Shown in pieces: positions 39,088-52,446 of a stretch of DNA of 64,000 nucleotides (positions within the stretch are counted from its first letter, which is position 1; each line of letters starts with the position of its first letter). Under the pieces are notes generated by a model. The model saw only the letters and a program-made list of their open reading frames with translations. It was not told the DNA's origin and ran no database searches. The DNA is from Okamejei kenojei (lineage: Eukaryota), in assembly GCA_035221665.1 (NCBI GenBank), contig CM069145.1, positions 20,026,001 to 20,090,000 of the forward strand. The letters run 5' to 3'. The position numbers and the translations under genes were made by a program.

Positions 39088-40152
39088 TAGATGGTATGGG
39101 ATCCAGGGAGAGCTAGCCAGCTAGATAGAGAATTTGAAGAAAACAGAAGGTGATTGTGTGCAGTTGTTTTTTTAGATGGGAGGCCTCTGACTAGTGGTAT
39201 ACCTCAGGGTTTGATTCTGGGCCCATTGCTGATTGTAGTTTATAACAACAATTTGGATGAGAATGTAGAAGGCATAATTAGTACGTTTGCAGATGTCATA
39301 AAGTAGGTAGTGTCATCGATAGCGAATATGGTTATCAAAAATCACAGCAGGACCTTGATCAGTTAGGCAAGTAAGCAGAAAAATGGTTAATGGAGTTTGA
39401 TGCAGATAACGATGAGGAATTGCATTTTTGGAAGCTAAACCAGGCAGGACGTTCATAGTGATTGGCAGGGCTCTGGGGACTGCTGTCGAGCAGAGGAGTA
39501 CAGGTACATAGATCTTTGAAAGTGGAGTCACTGGTAGATTGGATGCTGAAGAAGACTAACAGTACATGGGCCTTCATCGGTCAGGGTACTGAGTATAGAA
39601 GTTGGGATGTAATGTAACAGACATTGGTGAGCCTGCATCTGGAGTATTGTATTCAGTTTTGATCACTCTGCTATAAGTAGGATGTTAAGCTGGAAAGAGC
39701 GCAGAGAAGATTTATGAGGAGGTTGCCAGGACTTGAGTGCCTGAGCTACAGGGAGAGGTTATGGCGTTATTTCTTAGAGCGCAGGAGGCTGAGGGGTGAT
39801 CTAATAGAGGTGTGTAAGATCATGAAGCTAATAGATACAGTAAATGCATAGAATCTTTTACCCAGGGTAGGGAGATCAAGAACCAGAGGACACGCGTTTA
39901 GGGTGAGAGCCGAAAGATTTAATAGGAACCTGAGTGACAACATTTTCACTCAGATGGTAGTAGGGATGTGGAATAAGCTGCTAGAGGAGATGCTATAACA
40001 ACATTTAGAAGACATTTGGACAGGTACAAGGATAGGAAAAGTTTAGAGGATCTAAGCCAAATATGGGACTAATGTAGATGTGCATCTTGGTCGTCATGGG
40101 CTGGTTGGGCCGAGGGCCTGTTTCTGTACTGTACGCTCTGACTATGACTCTG
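39088..40152 (+). mobile_element. CR1 LINE 3' portion (decayed RT C-terminus)
   Basis: SG.PQG..LGPL, FAD, RRLRGDLIEV.KIMK and SRTRGH motifs with stops; tail ctgtacgctctgactatgactc. Confidence 0.9.
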
Positions 40153-40547
40153 ACATGTATTTATAAGGTGCTGAAAGTAACATGTAATCATCTAATCTCT
40201 TTGTAATGATAGGGCTTAAAACAGCAAAACTTGTGTTCATTTAATGTAGGTAAACATCCTAAATTGTTTCACAGATTAAAAGAGAAAGCCTGATCCCATA
40301 TCCTATCCTGTGCCAAATCACTTTCGTCCATCACCACATTCTCAAACTACATAGACTACAGGACAGTTGCTGAAAGAAACTTATTTTTTTATTCACTGTC
40401 TCAGTAAAATTTTCATCTTTGTAATGTTGTTTCTTGGCATGTCTCTCTCTATCTCTGAAACCTCCTCCAATCCCCGCAATTAGTTCTAAACATTCTGTTA
40501 ACTTAATCCTTTTTTTAAACATAACATCAAAATACTGTTTCGTTTAC

Positions 40548-40845
40548 CTTAGTTTACTCTAGAGATAAAGCACGGAAACAGGCCCTTCGGCCCACCGAGT
40601 CCGCACCGACCAGCGATCCCTGCACATTAACGCATTCCGACACACATCAGGGACAATTTACACTGAAACCAAAGCCAATAACCTACAAACCTGCGCATCA
40701 TGAAACTGAAGATCTCGGGAGAAAACCCATGCGGTCATGGGGAGAACGTACAAACTCCATACTGACAGCGCCCGTAGTAGGGATCGAACCTGGGTCTCTG
40801 GCGCTGCAACGCTGTAAGGCAGCAACTGTACTGCTGCGCCACCGC
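40548..40845 (-). mobile_element. V-SINE (HE1-like)
   Basis: agagataaagcacggaaacaggcccttcggcccaccgagtcc is the CR1-like tail; the V-domain and tRNA head ...ctgcgccacc follow. Confidence 0.88.
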
Positions 40846-41929
40846 ATTTGAATGGAACTTGCCAAGAATTCTTGGCAAGTTCCATTTAATTCTTGTTTGG
40901 CATATCAATAATTGTTTTCAAAAGGTGATAGATATTTAATAATTTGATAGTAAAAAGGTGGTCAAATTCAACCTGCCACAAATATTAAATATTAAAAGAA
41001 GAACCTCCTTTAATAGCTCTTTAAAAAAGTCTGACTACCCCACTGATGGTTAAATAATACTGCTGCATTCAAACTCCAAAATGAAAATAACACCACAGGT
41101 TCAAAATATAATTCAGACATTTCCCATTATTCTGTCCTTGTTGTATTCATGCCTTCGACCACAGTTTAGAGTCAATTTCCAGTGACTCTTGTAAACTTTT
41201 CCTCCCCAGATTGAGACAAATACGATCAATTGTCACCACCACTTCAGCCAACTTGCCTGAAATGTTGCATCTGTGGGATTTCTGGCTTAGTATTGTGGCA
41301 ATCTGTATATTTAACCAGCTGGGGAGGCCAACTAGATAACTGTCACAAACTTACTCAGTTGCTCCATGTTACATATTTGATGGCCTGGCTAACTACTTCC
41401 AAATAACCTGTGCTCGTAAAACCAGGATAATAAAACAGGACTCAAAATAAAATACATGTTCCTTTTAGGGAATATTACAGATGACGGAGTAATGAGTACG
41501 CTAGACTCTTGTCATTCCATGCCCAAAGGAGAAAAATCTTGGTTGTTTGTGGGAGGGGGCAATGAAGTTTATTTAGTCCCAGCTCATAATTGCTCCTGAT
41601 TCTCAGCAGCGTCCAGGTCAGGTCTCATTGGAAACTTTCTCCATGAGCTGTCAGATATGAAGACCCTTGTAGACGTCTTCACAAGCGTTCCGTACCATTC
41701 CCAGCCTCTTGCGCAATTAGGCACTTTATGTCTATCTGCCTTGGTGGCTTATAACACTTATCCGACCAGGTGGCTTATAACACTTATGCCAAACAAATAC
41801 CAGGGCAATTTTCATATTTTCTTGACATTCAAAATGATTAACACCGTGGCGGGGGTGGGCACGGTGAGGGTGGTGTAAGACGATGGTTGCGTGGACTGGT
41901 TGGCAAGTGGGTGAGAGTGGTGATCATTG

Positions 41930-42530
41930 TTTACTGGAAAAGCTAACTAGACCTGTCACATACATGCTGTGGCCACAAGAGAAGGGCAGAGATTGTGATT
42001 CCGGAATCACCAGAGGCGTTGCTCCATCCACAAATCACAAATCAGGAGCCTGATGGAATACTCTGTCCTTGCCTGGTTGGATGTAGCTCCTACAATATTC
42101 GAGAACTCAACACCTGCGACCAAGCAGCGTGTTTGCTTTGTATCTGTCCTGCACCTTAATTATTTACTTCCTTTTCCCTTGAAGCTACACGGTTACAATG
42201 TGCACCATCTACAAAATTCAGTAGCAGTAGCTCATCAAAGCTTCGAAGGCATCCCCTCTCAATTTCCACCATCTACCATAACAAGGAAAGGAAGCACCAT
42301 TAGCTCCAGTTCCCCCCACCTCCCCCACCCCCTCCCTGTGTAGTTGTGCATAATCCTAATGAACACACAGTAAGTCTCCCACCAGCACCGGATCCCTTAA
42401 CTCCATACTTGTGGATCTCCATGACATAGCTTACGGTGGATCAAGGCAGAAACTTGCCACGATATTCCCTAATAAAATTAGAGCTGGTCAATAATTGCTG
42501 GTCTTGCCTGTGCCACTCACAGCCTGCGAT
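41930..42530 (+). mobile_element. Old LINE 3' fragment (family of 13130-13965)
   Basis: IHKSQIRSLMEYSVLAWLDVAPT-type ORF2 C-terminus; 3' end ggtcaataattgctggtcttgcc. Confidence 0.6.
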
Positions 42531-43702
42531 GACCCGAAGTGAGTGAGAACGAGCTCGGGCTTAGCTATGCTGCCAACCTCCACAGTTAATGACATCCCAG
42601 TGCATGTGGTGGTGGTGATGCAGTGAGATGCTAGGACTGTCTGGTGGTCAGGGGACTAATTAATTGGCTTCTGGAGAGAGAAGTATGAAGGGAGGAAAAT
42701 GGTAGGAGCAAAGCAGGATAAAAGACAGAGCAGACAACAGCAAATATTAATTAATGAGTGAAAAGGTATAATCAGAAAAGCAGCCCCAGAGACAGCATGT
42801 TAGCATGTACAACAGTGGAACAACAGACATCCATAACACCTGCTTCTTAATAGATAAAGCACTAACAAGTCCTTCCACCATTGAAAAAGATGGTCTATCT
42901 ACATTCTTTAATAGAGATTGACACTTGAGGAAAATTAGAAATACATAAAACCACAAGACAACAAAACAAAGCTATTAAAACAGCAGGGTAAAGGAACAAA
43001 ACAAATGGCTGCAGATAAAATAATAGAGGAACCATTATTGAAAGAGACAGCTTGGAACATATTTCCCCTCAAGCCATCATACGCATCCTAGTGTATGTGA
43101 GCATGTTGCGGTTTGTCAGAAGGAGGACTACACGACAAAGTTGTTGTGATGTGGAGACCCATAGCTCCAAAAATGTGAAATGCAGACAACATGCCTCATA
43201 TAAAATAAAGAACCCAAAAAAAGTAAATACATTGAAAAGTATTCATGAGGCATAAGTGAAATAGGATTCAGATCAGAAACTGATCTGGGTAAATGGATAT
43301 GAATCTTGGTTCTCTTTCACTTTCATTGCAGTGCAAGGAGAAAAACGTAGGCAGTGAATGCGTGAACTCAAATATTCACATTTCAAATGAGAACGACTTT
43401 AAAAAAATTCTGTGTGCTTCTTTGAACTAAGGTAAAACATGCACGCTGAAAATAAAAGTTGAGTAGCCCTGATTGTGATAAAGTGACCACACATAACAGT
43501 TTTTATAGATTACATTGAATTATATGGAATGCATGTTGCTTGATTAGTGTTTAGTCAGGGGTTCAATTACACAGGAAACTCTTTGCACTTTTACATTCAG
43601 CATTTCTTTTCTGAGGAAACATAATCAATTTGAAACATTAAGTCTGTTTCTGTATCCACAAATGCAGACTAATGCAAGCTGAGATATCCAACTATTTTAT
43701 AG

Positions 43703-43970
43703 CTTAGTTTAGAGATGCAGCATGGAAACAGGCCCTGCGACCATATCAACCAATAATCACCCGTACACTAGTTCTATGTCCTACACACTAGGAACAATTT
43801 ACAGAAGTCGATTCACTTACAAACCTGCATGCCTTCGGAATTTTGAGAGGAAACCGGAGCACCCGGGGAAAACTCATGCGGTCACATGGAAAACATACAA
43901 ACCCCACCCGAGGTCAGGACCAAAGCTGGGTTTCTGGCACTGTGAGGCAGCAGCTCTACCTCTGTGCTGC
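43703..43970 (-). mobile_element. V-SINE (HE1-like)
   Basis: agagatgcagcatggaaacaggccc...gaaaccggagcacccggggaaaac. Confidence 0.8.
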
Positions 43971-44371
43971 CCCCCAATTTTCTGATTTTATTTCAGATTT
44001 CAGCGTTGTGCATATTTTGTTGCGTTCCATTCAATGATCGCAGATCCACCACCGATGTTCTGGCACCTTTGCTTCCAGACCCTTTCTAGATTATCCGTTT
44101 TGCTGGGCTAACAAGAGGTCACGGCCTCCAAGTGTAGTCGTGTAGTACCAGAGTGGTCTGCCTAGGCCCCCAGGGGCCTATGCTATCAACCCCCAAAGTC
44201 GGCTGTGGGAACAGATCCACTGCCTCCGGGCCGGACGGAGTTCCAGAACCCCGGCCGCAGGGGGCAAAGTTGATCTGCCAATCAGTGGTCCAGTCATAGA
44301 AGTTCCCATGAGATCAAGATCGGCCGCCTCACCCGGCCTAGGCGTCACATTTTGGGTGGGACTTCTGGAGA

Positions 44372-45166
44372 GAATTTCAAGTTCACATGTATTGCCACAT
44401 GCACCAATTAAGGTACAGTGGAGTTTGATTGACCATGCAGCCACACAATCAAAAAGAGCACAATACACAATAGAATACAACATGAACATCTACCACAGCG
44501 GAATCAACATTCTTCACTGTGGTGGAAGGCAATAACTTTGTCAGTCCTCCTCCTATGTTCATCCGTGGTCGGGGCCATGAACCCTCCGCAGTCTGCGCTA
44601 CGGACGGCTCGATGTACAGGCCCTCTAGTCGGGATGATCGAAACTCCGACGTCGGGATGGACAGACACTCCACGGCTTGGAGGCCCTGAATCGGCCGCTT
44701 CCTACCGGAGACTGCGGCTTCATGATGTTATAGGCCGCAGGCCGGCAGTCGGAAATCTTCTCTGGCGATCCCCGGTGAGGGATCCCAGACTCCGCGACTC
44801 GGCTAGAAGCTCCACAGACCGCGGCTTCAGGATGTTACAGTCTGTGGCCCTGCGATCGGAGCACTTCTTCTGGCGACCCCCGGCAAGGGATCACCCGGCT
44901 CCGTGATGGAAAGTCTGCGCCGCGCCCGCTGCTGAAGCTCTGGGCCCGACTCTGGGAGAGGCCGCACCAATTCAAGTTGTTAGGCCTCGAGGGAGGGGGA
45001 TAATATGACATGAAGAAAGTGACTGAAAAACACTTTCCTCCTATTCCCCACCACCACCCCCCCCTTCTAAAACACACTAAAACATACTTTTAAACAAACT
45101 AAAAACAAAAAAAATGTCAAAAGGACGAACAGCTGCTGGCGAGGCTGCCGGCTCGCGGTGCCATCC
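44372..45166 (-). mobile_element. GC-rich non-coding retroelement derivative (LINE-like 5' head plus 3' tail)
   Basis: The minus strand starts GATGGCACC..GGCAGCCTC and ends in a LINE-like tail (acatgtgaacttgaa). It shares catctaccacag..caacattc.tcactgtg.tggaaggc with 48480-49121 and has an internal duplicated unit cttctctggcga.ccccgg..agggatc. Confidence 0.55.
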
Positions 45167-46719
45167 GATGTAAAATGTACAAAATTCAAGTACATTATCA
45201 TAATTTTGGATTAAAGGAGGTGCCAGACTGGTGGACCTGTACTATTGAGTTCCACATTTTTGTGTAAAATCCTCCAATGCGATTATTTGTGCTTTTATTA
45301 GACTTTCTTGTTCTGGACTCCAACAGGAATATTTCCATGCCGATGCTATAAATCCCCTCATTTGTTGTCAAAATCTTTCTCGGCTCTTAGATTTTCCGTT
45401 GCTCGAGGAAAGAGCTTCAAGTTGCTGTAATTTATTCTAATACTTTTAGATGTGTGAACCCTAAATATGTAAACATTGTAATATAGTAGAGTTGCAATAC
45501 ATATTTTTACCAGCAGGGTTAGAGCTACATTTCTTTGTCATGTGTGAGAAATCTGACCAACCGCAAATATAGCTTGTCTTCGCAGTAAATGTGCAATGAA
45601 ATATGTGCAAACATGAGCATCATATTCCGGTGGTTTGAATTTATATTGACAAAATAGCAGCATCAATGTCTTTCCTGCACTGTAGAAATACTCATTAAAA
45701 TTCATTAAAGTCACAAGCGCACAATGTGCTTTCAAACAAGAATAATCACAGCCGGGACTGTGATGATGATGAGCAGTCTACTCCCAAACAGCCTACCCAT
45801 GAGGCTGACTCTTCACTATTATATTGCCTCTTGCAGGTTATTTAATGAAGCTCCCTGGAAAGATACTTATGCTGTCACAACTGATTACAATACTTAATAC
45901 CTAAATACTTAATAAGCTAACAAACCAGGACGCGTGCATCAGATTTCAGGAAGAAAGCTACTACTATTGTATGGTGCTAACATCTTGCCAATTCAGAGTG
46001 TCCCCGTGACTGCTTTCTAACGATACGAATGCACACTCGAATGGTCCTGCAGAAACCACAACTGCATTACGATCTTAATATAATCACAGCAGGTACTCTG
46101 CATTCACTATTGATATACACATTAGCCAAGCTTATAATATAAGTGAATACTGAAAGGAAAATATCGGCAGCAAGGTCACATCTTGTTAGTTTGCAATGTT
46201 CATTTCAAGGTTATATTGCAGATTATTGGATGATTGTTGCTTGATGTGATTCACATTTCCATGCTGTGACAATGTCAGAATTTTAACAACATTTGAAGAA
46301 TCCTCAGTTTGCCTACAGCAATTCGGCAGTAATAAAACCAAAAGCCTTTATATAACAATTATAACAATTCCCTTTCTGCAGCAAAACCCAACAGATGACG
46401 AAGAGAAGAATGGACACCTCATTCTGCTGCATTTGTGTCAAGTTTAAATACATTGTCCTGGATATGCTGGAACAATAATGACAGGATTAAGCATATAATA
46501 TTAATTGTGCATTTACAAAATAAATCCCTGTGATGAATTACTGGTTGACTATATTTTCACTTCTTCACCATATGCTTCCCCTTTGATATCCGGGTCTGTA
46601 TATTTGGCATTTTGTTTCACGTTCCATTTTGAACCTTATAATCTTCACATCATTTTCCTATGTGTAATTGTGTACGCTACTCAGTTCCTAAACTTGATCA
46701 CAGATACATTCACACACTT

Positions 46720-47590
46720 TCTCTCTTACCTTTCTCACTCCCATCTGTCTGTTTCTCTTGCACTTTCTTTCCCTCGCTCTCTCCTCCTTTCTCCCCCTTT
46801 CTCTCTCCCCTTCCTCTCTCCCCTTTCTCCTGCTTTCTCTCTCCCCCTTTCTCTCTCCCCTTTCTCTCCCTGTCCTCTCTCCCTCTCCTCTCTCCCCTCT
46901 CCTCTCTCCCTCTCTCTCTCTCTCCCTGTCCTCTCTCTCCTCTCCTCTCTCTCTCCCTGTTCTCTCTCTCCCTGTCCNNNNNNNNNNNNNNNNNNNNNNN
47001 NNNNNNNNNNNNNNNNNNNNNNNNNNNNNNNNNNNNNNNNNNNNNNNNNNNNNNNNNNNNNNNNNNNNNNNNNNNNNNNNNNNNNNNNNNNNNNNNNNNN
47101 NNNNNNNTTCTCTCTCCCCTTTTCCCACTTCNNNNNNNNNNNNNNNNNNNNNNNNNNNNNNNNNNNNNNNNNNNNNNNNNNNNNNNNNNNNNNNNNNNNN
47201 NNNNNNNNNNNNNNNNNNNNNNNNNNNNNNNNNNNNNNNNNNNNNNNNNNNNNNNNNNNNNNNNNNNNNNNNNNNNNNNNNNNNNNNNNNNNNNNNNNNN
47301 NNNNNNNNNNNNNNNNNNNNNNNNNNNNNNNNNNNNNNNNNNNNNNNNNNNNNNNNNNNNNNNNNNNNNNNNNNNNNNNNNNNNNNNNNNCCACTNNNNN
47401 NNNNNNNNNNNNNNNNNNNNNNNNNNNNNNNNNNNNNNNNNNNNNNNNNNNNNNNNNNNNNNNNNNNNNNNNNNNNNNNNNNNNNNNNNNNNNNNNNNNN
47501 NNNNNNNNNNNNNNNNNNNNNNNNNNNNNNNNNNNNNNNNNNNNNNNNNNNNNNNNNNNNNNNNNNNNNNNNNCAACTCTTCCTCTCTCG
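46720..47590. repeat. CT-rich low-complexity tract spanning assembly gaps
   Basis: Almost pure C/T on the + strand; N runs at 46978-47107, 47132-47390 and 47396-47573. Confidence 0.95.
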
Positions 47591-48479
47591 TACACGCATA
47601 GATAGTATCTCTATTATTAAACGTCATATTTCGTCTTCTGTTCTCGCTTAATGTTTTAAGAATTATTTATTTCAGTTGGCTGTTTTTGTCCTTGATGTGT
47701 GGAAACAAGACGAGACTGATCAGTATGATGATGCCGGATTGTTCATATTTTAAACTAAAAGTCTCCAATTGCACAACAAACTCATTTGCATAAGCTTAAC
47801 ATTTGTTACTCTAGTAAATTTGGCTGATGATGGCCTGATTGCAGAATTGATCTGAAAACATATTCCTTAATTGTGCGTTGCTAGGTTACAGAGGGTTTGA
47901 CCATAATCAGAGAAAGATTATGGATTCATTTTAGTCGCTGAAAGGTTTAACCGAAGAAGGACCTGGAGAATATTGCTTTTGGATTTTTGATGTATGCAGT
48001 TATTCATGCAGAACATTAACCAATCATCAGAATTATTATTCGTAGTGGTAATATGATGCATGAAACATGTTCATTTTCAAAAACAAAAGTAATGAATCTC
48101 TCCTGCCTTTAAAAAAATGCAGAAAGCAGGACTGGTTTGACCTTTTTTTTCCTTAAGCCTTCCAGGAAATTTCCATTGTTGTGTAATGAATCGTTTTATA
48201 AAGCACTTTAATAATCCCTAAATGTACACGAATAGATGTAAAGAACAGCTGGTTATTACCAATGGAATTTCTTTCTTCTGAGAAATTAGTGTCTCTAAAA
48301 TAAATTGGACGACATTATTAAAAGATAAATATATAAATAGCAATGTGAATGCTTGTTACACAGAACAGCAGAAAGGAATAAAAAATTAGATGATAATTTA
48401 AAAAAACATATGATGATAAGATGTAAATAATTCCTTAAATTCTTGAACTATTGAGGCCTGAGAAAGCTATCTTACAAAT

Positions 48480-49121
48480 AATCATAATCATAATAATACT
48501 TTATTAGCCATTTCATTTGCCTTACCGTCATACCAATGAAAAGCAACAGAACACACAAATACATTTTAACATAAACATCCACCACAGTGACTCTTCCAAC
48601 ATTCCTCACTGTGATGGAAGGCGAAAAAAAGTTCAATCTCATCCCTTCTTTGTTCTCCCGCGGTCAGGGGCCTCTAGCCTTCCGTTGACGGGGCAATCTT
48701 GGCTCCCGTAGCCGGCGCCGTTTGGGCCCTCCTCATCGGGGCGATCAAGCTCCTGCATCCGGGAGGAATTTCAGCTTCCCCGCGCCGGGCGATCTAACCC
48801 TGGATGAACCTTCTGCATCCTTTGCATTGGAGCTCCTGACTTTGGTCTCTACCCGAGTCTGCGAGCTCCTCGATGCTGGAATCCACAGTTTGTGCATCGA
48901 TCCCAGGCAAGGGATCGACTCCAATGGTCAGTCCCGAGCAAGGTCTCCAGCTCCATGATGTTAGGCCACAGAGCGACCAGAGATACGATCCAGAAAACAA
49001 ACATCTCCGGCAAGGTAAGGGATTAAAAAAACCAGAGAACATTAAAACAAACTTTTAAAACACAAGACATAAAGACAGATAGACTGTTGGAGAGGCTGCC
49101 ATCTTCGGCGCCCCCTGGTGG
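48480..49121 (-). mobile_element. Second GC-rich non-coding retroelement derivative, related to 44372-45166
   Basis: The minus strand starts CCACCAGGGGGCGCCGAAGATGGCAGCCTC, shares the internal motif, and ends with AATAAA and an (ATT)n-like tail. Confidence 0.55.
49108..49121 (-). promoter_or_regulatory. CTCF consensus motif
   Basis: The reverse complement CCACCAGGGGGCGC is an exact match to the canonical CTCF core. Confidence 0.55.
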
Positions 49122-50790
49122 TATATAAAGAATAGGGTCGGGGCCCATTTTCTACCGATCAGCTTTATAAAGAAATGAGTTATGGTACGTGCCTGAGAAT
49201 GGTTATTCTTCATTGATGGTGAGCTGCCTCATCAATCATTGGGGTCAGTCTGATGGAAGTACTGTCATACTGCTATTGGGCAGGGAGTGCCAGGATTTAA
49301 GTCTAGCAAAGATGATGGAATGGTAATATATATCTCAGGCGGATAGTATGCCAATTCTAGGGGAGCTTTAATATTACGGAATAGGTGTTTGTTTTCAGCC
49401 CTTGCCCTTTGTGGTGAAGTTGCAGGTTTAGGGAGGCGTTTGTAAAACAAAAAAGCTTTGGTGAGCAGTTAGCACACAAGGAGTGCTTGATTTAGGTGAT
49501 GAATGGGTTGCCAATCTGGTAGCCTACATAGACTTGGATGAGATTGAAGATGTTGGGTGTTATGGAGCTGCACTCATTCAGGTAAGTGGAGAACATGTAT
49601 AGGAAGGGACTGCAGATGCTTTATACCTGTAACCCGGGTTGAGTCCGAACTGGGGTATATACCTGTAATCTGGGTTGGTTCCGCATGTTTATAATTTATG
49701 TCTCCTAGCTGATGGAAATGATTTGGGAGGAAGGAGGGAATCATTCACATGAGCATATCCAACATTTTACACGCTCTTATCACCACAGTATTTAATTAAC
49801 CGGTCTAAGTTAAGTTTCACAGAAATGTAATGTGGCTGCCAATGCTGACAGTTATTGGCGATTCATACTGAATGGGTTGCTTGTCCATCTTGGAAGGCAT
49901 TGGTGTGTTCAGCAGATGGAAAAGCTCATGAGTCACAATTAGTGTAGAAGAGGCAGGCTGAGAGATTGGCTTCTCTGAAGAACCTTCATGAAACAAAGAG
50001 ATGTTATGACAATAGTTCCATGAGTAACATTGCTGATGGTGCTTTCAATTCCAATTTAATTAGTTATTTACATTTAGTTTCTTCTCACGTTCCTGGATCA
50101 ATGACTTCGTAACATCAGCTATGTTACCACTGGTGGAATTTCTGTGATGATAATGCAACTTCTCCACGATGCCTTAAATGTTGGATGGACAGTTAATTCA
50201 TTCTGCCAATCTCTCCACTTAAATATTGGGAGAACATAATACACAGGCACCACAAACTTGCATAAATTATTTTCCCTTGTCCACACTTTCATTGCTTTTC
50301 CAGGTCATCAGTGCGTTGAGCCAGAATATCTGCAATTTTGGTATCTTGTGTGGCCACAAATCAAGATTGCAACTTCATATCTGCTCCATTAGCAAAACTG
50401 CCGAACTCCACCGCCATTCCATCACATGCACACACTGCAGCCTAAGCCACTTTCTGTTTTAAAAAAACCCTAATTTATGTAATGTTGGCTCGTAACTTCA
50501 TTTACATTCCACTTTTTGGCATTTAATATGTTGCCCGCCGTAAACGTCAACTCTTTCAAAGCCTTCCTGGCCCAGCCCCACACGCTCTTCACTGTCATGC
50601 TACCTGCCTACATTAGTTTAGTCCCCTTTACCTCTCTCCAACCTTCTCCACCCTGAAGACAAACGGCCCCGTGAGAAATCAGTCAGCAAGAAATTTCCAT
50701 TGACGGCAATAGTCTTTTGGGGTGATTGGTATATACTTAGAGTTCCAAACATTGCCTGAGATTCACGTGTCCATTTGTGGAATGGATCAC

Positions 50791-50919
50791 TGTAGGAAGG
50801 AACTGCAGATGTCGGTTTAAACCAGATAGACACAAAATGTTGGAGTAGCTCGGCAGGAAAGGCAGCATCTCTGGAGAGAAGGAATGGGTGACATTTCGGG
50901 TCAAGACCCTTCTTCAGAC
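50791..50919 (-). repeat. Penelope-derived short repeat with hammerhead motif
   Basis: Minus strand gtCTGAAGAagggtcttgacccGAAAtGTCaccc, followed by the conserved terminal segment. Confidence 0.8.
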
Positions 50920-51025
50920 GCTGTTGCTGCCTTATTGGTCAGGCCATTCATGCAGGTACAGAGAATATCACAACTTCACACCGTGTGTAGTTTTGGTGTG
51001 AGCATCGCCATTATGGCGACTAATA

Positions 51026-51320
51026 GCCCTGTCCCACGGTACGAGTTCACTCCAAGAGCTCTCCCGAGTTTAAAAAAAATCAGACTCGTGGTAAGCACGG
51101 AGAATGAACGTAGCGGGTACGTCGGAGCTCGGGGACGTCTCTTAGCGCTAACGGCAGGTACTCGGGAAGACTCGCTAACGGCAGGTAAGCACGGGAAGAC
51201 TCATGAACATTTTTCAACATGATGAAAAATGTCCACGAGAGCCCCGAGTAACGACGAGTGGCCATTACCGTAAATCTCCGAGTTCGAATCAGGGCAAACT
51301 CGGGAGAACTCTTGGATTGA
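51026..51320. mobile_element. Relative of the Harbinger-type MITE, opposite orientation, right TIR truncated
   Basis: ctgtcccac.gtacgag...aagagctctcccgagtttaaaaaaaatc is the reverse complement of the right end of 19267-19582. Confidence 0.8.
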
Positions 51321-51679
51321 AGAGTTTCACAAGATGCTGAAAGAGCGAATGAGGAGGAGAGTGTAAGGGTAATGGGCATTAGGCTATACCTGAGTTCCTA
51401 ACATTTTCTGCATTCTGTAGCCATAGCTAAATAGCAAGATGGAGACTGCCATGCCAGTCAGTGTTGAAAGGGGCAAAAAGATTGTTTAAGTATCCAGAAT
51501 AAGTAGTATTTGGCAATTTGCTACCTATTATTTCTGTACCGGAAACCACCAGGCTCCTTATTCAGTAAAACCTAATAAGATTTATCTTTCTTTGTTCCTT
51601 CTGCCTGCTTGTGTTCTTTGAACCATCATTGTTACCCTTGTCTTCAGTGGACTCGACCATAAGATGTCCAATTTAATGA

Positions 51680-51760
51680 CTGAAGAAGGGTCTCGACCCG
51701 AAACGTCGCCTATCTCCTTCGCTCCTTAGATGTTGCTGCATCTCCAGCCTTTTGTGTACC
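51680..51760 (+). ncRNA. Minimal type I hammerhead-ribozyme-like motif in a Penelope-derived repeat
   Basis: CTGAAGA-a-GGGTC-tc-GACCC-GAAA-C-GTC at 51680-51707. Confidence 0.55.
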
Positions 51761-52446
51761 CTTAATGTATCATTACTTCTTTTACACCTCTTTATTTCCC
51801 TCTTCTCCCTTAAAATGACCTTTGCTAAAATCTACCATTTGATTGTCACCTACTCCAATACTCCCCTATCTGATGCTCTACTAACCTTTATTTAATTAGA
51901 TTCATGAGAAGTACTGTTTTATATATTTTCCTATGATGAATTTGCTATCAAATACAGACCATTGTTGATTAGGACTTTGCTTTGAATTTCTGGAAGGTCT
52001 TTCTTATTTCTTGAATACCTAATTGCTTTGTAATATGCTTTTGAAAATTGAAAATGTTCAAATGATTTATGTTGAAAAGAGTCTGTTTCTATCCATCAGT
52101 CATTTTTGAGCAAGAGTTTGATTATAAAGCTGGAGGAACTAATTGATTTGAAAATGTCACTATGAGCTGTGAAGGTTTAGAGGCTCACTTTAACACGTAC
52201 ATGAAGTCACGCCAACAAGTCCAAACATGCACTGTGATTTTAGTAGGTAGTTGTATCATTGCAGGACCTTAATTTTAGAATCCCCATGGATAATTCTCTT
52301 TCCCTTCTCAGTCATGTAGGTGTCTAGCTATGTCACAAAGACCCACAGCGGAAACTAGGAAATAATTAGGAAACTGTAAAGCTGTGAAAATGAAAAACTG
52401 TTAAAGTTGCAGTAAAGGCATTATCCTGAGTGTGGTTGTGCGGCAG

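Noticed and set aside
46505-47651. Six ~290-370-aa ORFs on both strands
   Set aside because: Artefacts of the CT low-complexity tract and N gaps.
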